A DNA stretch of 64,000 nt, from NCBI GenBank assembly GCA_010015805.1, contig ML978140.1, positions 124,001-188,000 of the forward strand. Direction: 5' to 3'. Shown here piece after piece: positions 53,758 to 64,000 of the stretch (the stretch's first letter is position 1; every line of letters begins with the position of its first letter). The notes under the pieces were generated by a model. It worked only from the letters and a program-made list of their open reading frames with translations. It was not told where the DNA came from and made no database searches. The position numbers and the translations under genes were made by a program. Source of the DNA: Rhizodiscina lignyota (lineage: Eukaryota).

Positions 53758-55378
53758 TTATGCATCCGTCGTCTCACTCGTCCACTGCGGCACCGTCGCC
53801 TTGTCCTGAATCATCCTCTGCACACCATTAGCACCACTCTTACTCTCTTTTCCCTCAGGCCTCTTGAAATGTGGTTTCAGCGGCTCCCAACTCTCCGCAT
53901 TATAGTCCTCTTGCACCTTCTTACACCTCGAGAGCCCCCACTCCGTCACGCCCACCATCAAGCACGACTCGAACATGAACGCCATGCTACCCTCGCCGAC
54001 TTTTTGAGGCTTTAAGTCGGCGTTGGACGCTTTCTCGTGCGTGGTGGCATCTGGACCGTGTGCGCTCATCACGTTGTGCAAGGAGGCGCCGGCGGGTTGG
54101 AACCCACCTCCGGTTTTGGCGTCGTATTGCCCGTGGATGAGGCCCATGAATTCAGACATTGTGTTGCGGTGGTACCAGGGAGGGCGGAAGGTGTCTTCGG
54201 CGACTAACCTGTTTTCGGCGTATTGTATTAGTCGTGTACTTTACGTGTCTTATGAGTTACAAGAGGGGCGCGGGATAGCTGGGAGAGGAAAATGGGAGAG
54301 GCTACGTACCATCGTGGAGGAAAGATGACGAAATCAGCAATAGCAGTCCCCACATGGTCCGATTGAGCAGTCAACACGGTGTATATGCTCGGATCTGGAT
54401 GATCGTAGCTCACGCTGCCGACCGTGTTGAACCGTCCCAGGTCGTACTTGTAGGGATAGTAGTTCCCGTGCCAGGCTACGACATCGAAAGGAGAGTGGTT
54501 CTGTTTCGCCTCAAACAAATGGCCGGCGAATTTCGATAGGAGAGTGTAGCTGTTGGCTGTGTCTTCGACAAAGGAAGCGACAGGTGCCTGGAAGTCACGC
54601 GCGTTGGCTAGACAGTTCGATCCGATGGGGCCGAGCTCAGGGAGGGTGAAGTGGTTCTGGTAGAGCTCGAGGATATACCCGCGTATTGGGCCTTCAGGGA
54701 GGGTGACACGATGTCGGATGCCTCGTGGGATCACACAGATCTCGTTGGGCCGCACGAGCAAGTTTCCCAGCTCGGTCTGGATATCGAGAACTCCGTGCTG
54801 CGGCACGATCAGGAAGTCCCCGTCAGCGGAATAGAATGCCTCCCGCTCAGACATGTCCTTCCCCGCGGCGAAGATGTAAATGCCAATGCCAGATTTCATC
54901 ACTGGCGACCCCGCCCCAGCCACGAGGTGTAAGGAGTGCACCCAGTCGACGGTCTCATCGAGGTCGAACGGGTCCCAGCGCAGCTGGTTCGGGATCTGGT
55001 AGATCTTCTCGAATGGCTTAGACTCTGGATTTGTGTTGTATGTTGCGGACTCTTTGGTGGCGAAGGGAGCGTGTGCGGACGCGGGCAGGATACGGTACAG
55101 CCAGGTTTGCTGGTTCTCGTGCCGGGGCGCGGTGAAGGCAGTGCCGGAGAGCTTCTCGGCGTACAGGCCTAGAGGGGGTTTCTGGGGTGAGTTGGCACCG
55201 ATGGGAAGGGCGCCTTGGATGGCTTCGGTTCTGGGGAAGACGGTTAGTGACGAAATTGAAAGAGAGCAAGTCGGGCAATTGAGAGTATAGGAGAGTCAAT
55301 TGAGACTCACTCATGGTAGCAATTGAATCCATTCTGATACCGATATTTTTCGGGGACCTTGAAATCTGTGGAAGGCAT
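53758..55378 (-). CDS. hmgA: Homogentisate 1,2-dioxygenase
   Basis: [113 protein letters not shown]. Two introns. Confidence 0.96.
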
Positions 55379-55562
55379 CGTGCTCGTCGCAGTAGTCCGG
55401 GTTGAAGAATTCGGTCAGGTTACGCTCCGTCAGCGGTATGACGGATTTGGGGGGCTTTTTCTCCTTCTTGAAGATGTGTGTGAGTTTCTTCCAGCGGAGG
55501 TGCTGTTGCTCTGGAACGGGCTTGTTCGGGTCCATATACTGGACTGATGGCGAGCCCGACAT
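55311..55562 (-). CDS. 83-codon upstream ORF overlapping the hmgA start out of frame
   Basis: CCGCC-ATG context, G/C-ending codon bias, covers all 68 coding nt of hmgA exon 1, TGA immediately before the splice donor. Confidence 0.55.
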   Translation of the reverse strand: MSGSPSVQYMDPNKPVPEQQHLRWKKLTHIFKKEKKPPKSVIPLTERNLTEFFNPDYCDEHDAFHRFQGPRKISVSEWIQLLP

Positions 55563-55926
55563 GGCGGATAGTCACGGCGGTGCTTGCTTTCGGAAATGGT
55601 GGTGGTGCTCTGTTGGAGAAGATGATGCGTGACCAGCGGGCGGAGGAGGCGCGGAATTAATTCCTCGCTCAGTTCCTATTGGGGCCTCAGATGGATTGGA
55701 GAGGCCTCCGTGGGTGCTGCTGAGGTCAGGTACGGGGTCCCCACACTAATGCCGGCTTTGTGCGGTATAGCTAGGTGCTGCGCGGTATACGTTAGCACAC
55801 CTCTCTTTTGCACTGCGATGAGAGCTTGACGATGCTCGGTGATAGACGCTGAGGATCATATAAGGGCTATAGTTCAGGCGATTGAGCAGTTTGGAGGAGC
55901 AGAGAAACGGCAACAAGACTGCAATC

Positions 55927-57462
55927 ATGGCTCCTCTTCGGTCCTGGTTTCCTATCCCACCGGCGTCTCATTTCTCACTGGCAAATATACCCTTTGGCAT
56001 GTGCGTTCGTTGCTGTCCCCTTCAGTCCATCTAATTGATTGATATAAGTGAGCTGACTCTCATTGGAAACTAGAATAAGCACGACGGCCAATCCCAAACC
56101 ACGACTAGGCGTCCCAATTGGCGACCATGTCCTCGATCTCGCCCTGTTTACCGCAAACAACGGTTTCGCGCGCCAATCAACCATCCAGCCACACCAGCAC
56201 GTCTTCAGCGAGCTGACATTGAACTCCTTTGCGGCATTGGGTCGGCCAGTGCATAGTGTGGTGAGGAAGTACATACAGGACGTCTTTTTGGAGAACACGT
56301 CGTACCCAGAGATTTTGAAAGATAATGCAGCGTTGCAGAAAGAGGCGCTGGTCCCGCTGAAGGAAGTGACGAACCATCTGCCTCTTGAGATTGGAGACTA
56401 TACGGATTTCTTCGTAGGAAGGAACCATGCGTACAACTGCGGTATCCTCTTTCGCGGACCAGAGAATCCAATCGCACCGAACTATGATCATCTGCCTGTT
56501 GGCTACCATGGACGAGCGTCGTCTGTCGTGGTGTCCGGAACGCCGATCAGGCGGCCGTTTGGGCAGATTGAGGCGGAAAAGAACAACCCAATTCAGTCGC
56601 CGTGCTTAAGGCTAGATTTCGAGATGGAGATGGGCGCATTCGTGTGCAAGGCAAACAAGATGGGCGAGCCGATCCTGATTGATGAAGCTGAGGACGCCAT
56701 CTTCGGTTTGGTGATGATGAACGATTGGTCTGCGAGAGATATTCAGTGCATCTAGCCACTCTCACATTTTGATTGGGATCAACATTGCTGACATTGAGTA
56801 GATTCTGGGAATCTACGCCTCTTGGCCCGTTCAATTCGAAGAACTTTGGCACCAGCGTCAGCCCATGGGTCGTGCTGATCGATGCACTCGAGCCATTTGC
56901 AGCGAAAGGCTTGCCGAATGCACAGCAGACGCTGCCGTACATGCAGCAGAAGAACGAGAAGAATCAGTACGATATCAAGCTCAAAGTCGACCTCACCTGT
57001 AAGCTACTATATGAAGTCAAACTTAAACCCCTCAGCATGGCTAACTGTTAGCAGCACAATCAGGACAAACAGCAACAGTCTGCAAAGTATCCGCGACAGA
57101 ACTACTGTTCTCATTCCCACAAATGGTCGCCCATCACACAATAGGTAAGAATAGAGGTAGTCCCCAGAATTATTCATCGGGCCGAAGATCTGACTACTGA
57201 ACCAACAGGCGGCTGCCCGATGAGAGTAGGAGACCTGCTCGGCTCCGGCACGATATCAGGCAACGAGCCGGGGTCCTGCGGCTGCTTCCTCGAGTCTACG
57301 CAGGGCGGAAAGGTCGGTATTACGCTGAGCGGCGGCGAGAAGAGGATGTTCCTGGAGGACGGCGACACTGTTACGTTTTCTGGGGTGTGCGGAACTGAGG
57401 ATGGTGGGTTGGTGGGCTTCGGTGAATGCTCGGGAACGATCTTGCCAGCATTGAAGTTGTAA
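55927..57462 (+). CDS. fahA: Fumarylacetoacetase, multi-exon
   Basis: HFSLANIPFG, IGDYTDFF, HLPVGYHGRASSVVVSGTPIRRP, LDFEMEMG, NDWSARDIQ, PLGPFNSKNF, GDLLGSGTISG, GFGECSG. Confidence 0.95.
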
Positions 57463-58086
57463 GGGAAGAAAATGCTTCGGCCAGTTGACCGTAGCGAGAG
57501 ACAGAAATTAGATGGATCTTATGTATCTATCTATCTATCGATGAAGAAATAGATATGAGGTTAGCTTACCTAGGCGGAAGAGTTCCGTCGTAAGCGCGCT
57601 GCACGCTTGCGTATGGATCAACGTGCTACCTGGGTTTCAACGTTGTAATGATGTTTCTAGGTCTGCCCCGCCTGTATTGGATTCCTTTTGCCTCTTAAGG
57701 TTAGCTCATTGATTGATTGGCACTAGTAGGCCTGCTTCAACGAGATACTTTACAGTACTATACAGGTCCGCCGATATCCACAGTAAAAGCTAGCTAATAC
57801 GTCAACCGCCCACATCCCCGCACACCTCCACAGAAAGGAGTGACAATTGCGATGCCGCATATCCACACTCCAAATCACGAGCCATAAGCGCGGAATTGCC
57901 TTGAGACTGGAGAGATCCCACGGGATCTAGGACCAAGTATAAACTTTCGGGCGCCGACCGCATCATCACCAGTCTCTCTCAAATCAGCAATTCCCAATTT
58001 CATACTTTCTTCTTTTCAGATTTCACCTATTGGTCAATTCCTTTTTGCGTAATTGAAGAGCTCGACCACGGAGAGAGTAGTTCAGC

Positions 58087-59795
58087 ATGACGCTCAACCC
58101 CAATGTCATTGCGATTGCGGTGGTGTCGTTCATTTACTTCACCATTAAGTACTTCAATCGCACGGACACGCCCAAGGTCAAGGGAATACCAGAGATTCCT
58201 GGATGGCCCCTCTTTGGCAGCTTGATAGAGCTGGGTGCCAACCATGCAAAAGTTGCGCAGAACTGGGCGAAGAAATATGGTCCCGTCTTTCAAGTTCGCA
58301 TGGGAAATAAGGTACGACATTGCATTTCTCATTTGTATAGGAATTAGTCAGTTGCTCACCTGTGCCATTTAGAGGATCATATGGGCAAATTCATTCGACT
58401 CCGTAAAGCAACTCTGGATTAACAACCAATCTGCCCTCATCTCCAGGCCCACTCTGCACACCTTCCACACCGTTGTGTCTTCCTCACAAGGCTTCACAAT
58501 CGGTACCTCTCCGTGGGACGACTCCTGTAAACAGCGCCGTAAGGCCGCCGCCACGGCCCTCAACAGACCCGCAGTGCAAACGTACATGCCAATCATCGAC
58601 CTCGAAAGTACTGCTAGCATCAGGGAGATGTACGAGGATGGTAAGAAGGGCACAATCGACATCAACCCCATCCCGTACTGGCAGCGCTTCGCTCTAAACA
58701 CGAGCCTAACGTTAAACTACGGCATTCGCATCTCAGGCAACATCGACGATGAGTTGCTGCGAGAGATTGTCCATGTCGAGCGCGAGGTCTCGAATTTTCG
58801 CTCAACAAGCAACAATTGGCAGGACTATATCCCGCTGCTGAGACTGCTCCCGAGTAGTTCGACGAAGGCGCAAGAGTATCGCGTCAGAAGGGATGTGTAT
58901 ATGGATAAATTGCTGGGAATGCTGAAAGAAAAGATTTCGAGCGGCACGGACAAGCCATGCATTACGGGGAATATCTTGAAAGATCCGGAGGCCAAGCTTA
59001 ATGACGCAGAAATCAAGAGTATCTGCTTAACAATGGTATCTGCGGGAATTGATACGGTGCCGGGCAATTTGCTCATGGGGATTGCATATCTGGCGAGTGA
59101 GCATGGCAAGGCTATCCAGGCAAAAGCGTATGAGGAGATTATGAAGGTGTATCCTGATGGGGATGCATGGGTGAAGTGTCTGGTTGAGGAAAAGGTGCCA
59201 TATATCAGCGCGCTCGTGAAGGAGGTGCTGAGGTTCTGGACTGTCATTCCAATTTGGTAAGAATCCCCAGCTCTATCCTTGCACTCCCTCTGCATCGTTG
59301 ATGCAGATACTGACAGGGTGTAACAGCCTCCCCCGCCGCTCCATCAAAGACATTACTTACAACGGCGCCACCATCCCCGCCGGCACAACTTTCTACATGA
59401 ACGCTTACGCCGCCGACTACGACCCTACGCACTTCACCAACCCTGCTGCATTCAATCCTGACCGCTACCTCAAGAACTCGTCAGATACCACCGAACTCTC
59501 TGAAGCAGATGGCACTCCACACTACGGCTACGGCGCCGGCAGTCGCATGTGCGCCGGCTCGCATCTTGCGAATCGCGAACTGTATACAGCATTTCTGAGG
59601 ATGATCCTGGTTTTTGAAATCTTGCAGCCACAGCAGGAGGCGGATCGCCCAATCCTGGATGCGCTGGAAGCAAACGCTATTCCGACGAGTTTGACGCTCG
59701 AGCCGAAGCCCTTCAAGTGTCGGTTTAGGGTGCGGGATCGAGAGATGTTGGAGAGGTGGGTGGAGGAGAGTGAGGAGCGGACGAAGGATCTTTAA
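58087..59795 (+). CDS. phacA: Cytochrome P450 CYP504A, phenylacetate 2-hydroxylase-like, three exons
   Basis: SSSQGFTIGTSPWDDSCKQRRKAAATALNRPA signature, AGIDT I-helix, EVLR, YGYGAGSRMCAG heme motif. Adjacent to fahA and hmgA. Confidence 0.88.
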
Positions 59796-60369
59796 TGGCG
59801 TCCAAGGATGGTGAATTATAGTTCCGGAAGTTTGAAATGTGAATAGGACAGTAAGCCAGCCTGACTTGTAAGGTGCTTGGGAAATTTGCATTGGGATGCA
59901 CGGGAGTCGAGGTAGCGGCATACACGTTGCTCATTTTGCGCTATGAGTCGCACCATATATCCTCCTTTGAGTAGTCGACAAAATTTCATTATCCATCTCC
60001 GAAACTGCTGCTTATTTCACATTTCATAATCATGGTCATGTTTAGCACATTACTCCAACACCGTTGCGTGCGTACCTACGAAGGTGCCAGTTCCCCGCGA
60101 GCGAAGAGTACAGGATCACTCTACTCTAGTCGCCTTCAGCTCTTCTAAGAAGCTTTTACATGTTAATGAGTTTGGATTCGAGATTGTTAGGGAGCAGCTT
60201 GCCAGGGCTAACTTAGAAGGTTTACTTCTTGTTATCGCGGAAACGATGCGCCATCACAGAGCTCACACGCTCACGAGAATTTTGCTCCGCGTGGATGCAA
60301 AGGTGCGCTCCACTATCTACGCGCCGCTCAATCGCTCTTTAGCAGGCAGCAACGCGAAACACCAATGAC

Positions 60370-60408
60370 ATGAGTCATGCATGTGTTTAGTCATCTCTTA
60401 GTATATAA
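60370..60408 (+). promoter_or_regulatory. Gcn4/CpcA (AP-1)-type site ATGAGTCAT plus TATA box
   Basis: ATGAGTCAT at 60370-60378, TATATAA at 60402-60408, ATG at 60504. Confidence 0.55.
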
Positions 60409-60503
60409 CACTTCCATACCTCTCTGAGCTCTCTCTCCCTCCTTCTCTTCTCTTTCTTCTTCCACGCTACCCTTGCACAACCACAACAACAACAACACTC
60501 AAG

Positions 60504-61404
60504 ATGGACGTGGACATGAAGAGGAAAGTCGAGTTCCTGAATCTGCCCGAGTACCCTGAACTCTCTTCTACGAGGGTGACACCAACTATAACGCGCCGTT
60601 CCGTGGGCGGCCTCGAGGATACATACAACGAGTGGAAGATGTGGAACAAGGATGCTACCGTCACCATTGAGGAGTTCCGATCTATTGCGAACTGGTTGGG
60701 TCGGAAGGACGATGTTCACGAGGCGTTTGACGTTCGCTTTGTCCCTCGCATCATCAATGTCGCGCCCCTCAACATCGCCGAGATGGACACGAGCGAAATC
60801 ACGCCGGCGGATGCTTTCGTGACCTTCCTCTATCACACCAATCCTCAAGGCCTCCGCTACTTTCTGGACCACTGGTTCGATCTAGACCAGTTCGATCTCC
60901 GGTTCCGGGAGACGACAGGTCCAGGCAACAGAGCATTCCTGATTACCACGACGGAGATTGACAACCGCAAAAGGCTCTCAGTAAGATAACTGTATTTCAC
61001 ATTAACGGATGTCACTTTCACGTTTCTGGCAGATCAGGAAGGTCATGAGCGAGCATGTTACCGCTACGCTGGACACCGACAAGCTGTGCGAGGACTTCGC
61101 CATGTACTTCGAGATTCTGGAAGGCGGCCAGTGGAAGATGGATCAGATCCACTTCCTCAACTCACTCGGACGCAGGCTGAAGCACTGTTATGACACGGGA
61201 CTCGTGAAGGCCGTCAGCTATGAGCATCCGGACACTGAACGTGAGATCGGGCGAATCGACGAGGCAATGCTTGACCAAAACCTCCGACAATCTTCGCGCA
61301 TCGCAACAGACATGCTCGTCGAGATGCTCTGGGGGCGCGATGACGGCCATCTTAACCTGGCAGCATCTCACAATCATGGGTTGGCCCAAGAGTCGTGGTC
61401 GTAA
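60504..61404 (+). CDS. Hypothetical protein, tandem paralog A (two exons)
   Basis: Coding-like ORFs joined in frame by a GTAAGA..TTAAC..CAG intron at 60981-61032. N-terminal ~125 aa align with the ORF at 61815. Confidence 0.7.
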
Positions 61405-61708
61405 GGAGGTAACAGTGCAGCAGTCATTGGGATGGGCTCAAATGGTCGTCTTTTGTCTGTCCTCAACGGGTCGCAAAAAGGTCAATGAAGTTAGATACAA
61501 CTCGACCTCAATCAAAATGAGTTATCACGAGTGAAACATTGAAAATACCTTCCGTGAGACTGTGAAGCTTTAGTACGTGCGAGTGAAAACGTATCAATTT
61601 CAAGTGGTGCTATTTGTAAAGGCGCCGAAGGGGAACCAATTATCTTAACTTGATGAGTGGACTGTTTACATGGAGTTAGCGCACGCGAGGCAGCACCAAA
61701 CACCTCGC

Positions 61709-61747
61709 ATGAGTCATTGGTGTTGTTATTCGTCGCCTACTTTAAAA
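61709..61747 (+). promoter_or_regulatory. Gcn4/CpcA (AP-1)-type site ATGAGTCAT plus TATA-like box
   Basis: ATGAGTCAT at 61709-61717 and TTTAAAA at 61741-61747, the same spacing as upstream of paralog A. Confidence 0.55.
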
Positions 61748-61814
61748 TACTTCCGCTCCTCCTTTTGGTTTTCTTTCTCTTTCTCCTCTTTCCAACACCG
61801 GCCAGAATCGCAAA

Positions 61815-62719
61815 ATGGAGCATGACATGGATGTGAATATGGATGTGAAGAAGCTAGAGAAGGTCAAGTTTCTTGATCTGGCCGAGTTTCCGGAATTCTC
61901 GCCGACGAAGAGCGCGCGTGCACCAAGGGTGGTGGTCTCCGATGGGCTGGAAGAGGACTATAAAGAGTGGAAGAAGGAGAGCAGGGACCAAACCATCACC
62001 ATCGAGCAATTCAAGTCGATACGCGAAGCCTCTAGCTCGAAGTTTCCCCGACGCAAGTATGTCCGTACGATCGACTTTCGCGTCATTCCTCGTATCGTCG
62101 ACGTTGCATCGTTCGACCGCTTCAAAATAGACCTCACAGATCTGACACCCGCGGATGCCCTCGTGACCGCGCTCTACAACTTCGATCCCAGGGAGCTTCG
62201 GCGCCTGATGAATAACTGGGAATTGAAGGGCGGCCGTACACAGTACGAGTTTATCAGGCGCTCTCTTAGAGAGGGTGTCTTTGCCGTAGAGATGTGGGAT
62301 GCTGCTGGCTAAGCTAGACTTTCGGTAACATGAATTCCTCTTTGATTTATAGCAGTTTACTCTCACAGCATTGAAAGATACGTATGGATCTGGACAGCCG
62401 TCCAGAATCTCAAGACGGATTCAAGATGCTGTTCGAGCCTCAGGATGATGGAGAGTGGAGAGTGACAGAGTGTTTGATGCTCCGCACCGACACGCGCCAG
62501 GGTATCTCGGAAAGGAAAGAAATCTCCCTCTACCACGGCGGAACCATGGTGTCGGGCTCTGGAAAAGAGGAGCTGAGTGTGGAAGATGCTCGAGCCCGGC
62601 TGCGAGAATGGTCGTTTCCTGCCGGCTATGTGATCATCAAACAGCCATGGAAGTGTGAAGAGTGGGATGTGCTTAATGTGGTAGAGGCTCGCTCGCGAGA
62701 AATCAAAAGGCAGGCTTAA
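61815..62719 (+). CDS. Hypothetical protein, tandem paralog B (junction between its two ORFs uncertain; may be disrupted)
   Basis: Aligns with paralog A (KVxFLxLxExPE, GLExxYxEWK, TIExFxSI, DxRxxPRI, TPADAxVTxLY). No canonical in-frame GT donor was found before the stop at 62312. Confidence 0.6.
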
Positions 62720-64000
62720 ATTCAAAGGTATAAATGAAGATGGCCAGCTAGCGAGAGGATATCATAGAGCCGTTCTCCTTGTCGCCGTCTTGAAACTGCC
62801 TCTTATCGGAATGTAGTGGCGGAAGACCATCGTGGGGATGTAGATACATCTTGGACTCAGCCCAAGAGAATGATCGAAGATGAATGCAATGAGGTCTTTC
62901 CCCTGAAGAGTGCGTACGAGCAGCGAGTCGACGTCTGGCGAAGCTCTTCTGCTTGGAGTATCGTGCGCTTGCCGCTTTATCGGCAGGCGTCTTTTCGTGT
63001 CGCGTCTTCACGTCTCCCTTTGGAGTCTTTCAACGCCAAACGCGCCATTCATCTGTCCGGTACCAATGATTCCGCGTGAGACGGAGCTTCGGATCTCAAG
63101 TAAATGATTCAAACCGCGTTGTTTCACAAGAGCTCCAAAGAGCACAAGGCCTGCACAACATCCTGAAGCTTCCGTCGGAGGAGCGACGGCCACCGCACGG
63201 GTTACGTATGTACCTGGTGGTGCACGATACTTGGATTCTTCCTCCGAGCATCAGTATTGTCATCACTAGGCTTTCCTTATTTATTTACTTTTTTCTCCTT
63301 CACTTTTATTTAATTTTCATGGCATTGTCATGCACGCCATGAGGTGTATTGTGCAATTCTCGGATCGAGTATTGTCTTCACAAGAGAGCTGATAAATATA
63401 GTTCTCATGCTTTGATTAAACCCAAGCGTACGAGGAAGAAGCTATGCGGGAGGAACACACACATCAAATTTCTAGGTGAGGCTGAGCGCGATATGTTTGA
63501 AGGAGCTTCTGCACGCTGACAGATTCTGCAAGCCTACGCAGAGGCCGGCCACAGGCCGCCAACACCATTACCTCAAAGCTTGTCCACTTGTCTAACAACG
63601 GGAGCGCTGCATGCGAAAATAATGGGGCTGAGCACTATTCAACTGTCTGGGTGCTCAGAATGGTGTGGTTGGATATGAGGAAGCTGTCGCAGGTTAGCCG
63701 CCGTTCGCGTTTCAGATGGCTCGCGATGCACCCGACCGACGGCAAACCGCACCCAATCCTCGCCATTGCAACGAAACAACGAGAAAAGGCTTGTGTGAGC
63801 TTGGCACAACCGCTTCTGGATGTTTCTCGATCCGAGCGACTCAGGCATGCCGGTGAAACGCACTGCGCCCACCGGATGTTGATGTACCTCGTGGAAGACG
63901 AGCGTGATCTCTGTAAAGCTTCTTCATAAAGAGCCTCTTTGCTTCCTGCGCTTGCTCTCCTGCAAAATTAGCACATCAATCGACGTTCCTGTCTTAGATT

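Noticed and set aside
57520..57540. (TATC)n tract; also poly-A near 42584 and CT/CAA tracts near 60420-60495
   Set aside because: Ordinary microsatellites or UTR low-complexity sequence.
62750..64000. Short ORFs at the right end
   Set aside because: No motif and no similarity to the 60.5/61.8 kb paralogs.

Overview
Eukaryotic DNA from a filamentous ascomycete (Pezizomycotina). The evidence is short GT-AG introns with CTRAC branch points, HET, CFEM and CYP504 genes, and an intronic snoRNA. The left half (about 1-33 kb) is largely accessory. It holds an FAD monooxygenase, an MFS permease, and an unusual two-domain (LCB2-LCB1-like) serine-palmitoyltransferase-family gene beside a decayed chitin-synthase-like GT2. 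It also has several broken HET/NLR/ankyrin genes, two copies of a TA-flanked MITE, a small core island (membrane protein, iec1, pyridoxal reductase) and a CFEM protein. The right half (about 33-60 kb) is dense core genome: epoxide hydrolase, MSH5, HSP78, RPL1, a DHA2 MFS, EF-1beta with intronic snR18/U18, LEO1, MOB2, ARF1 and an hmgA-fahA-phacA phenylacetate/homogentisate cluster. It ends with a tandem pair of unrecognised paralogs that share a Gcn4/CpcA-type promoter. The best leads are (i) an 83-codon, coding-like ORF overlapping the hmgA start out of frame, (ii) the fused SPT-like gene plus GT2 relic, and (iii) the orphan paralog pair. All family calls are motif recognition by eye. No searches were run, and exon boundaries are manual.
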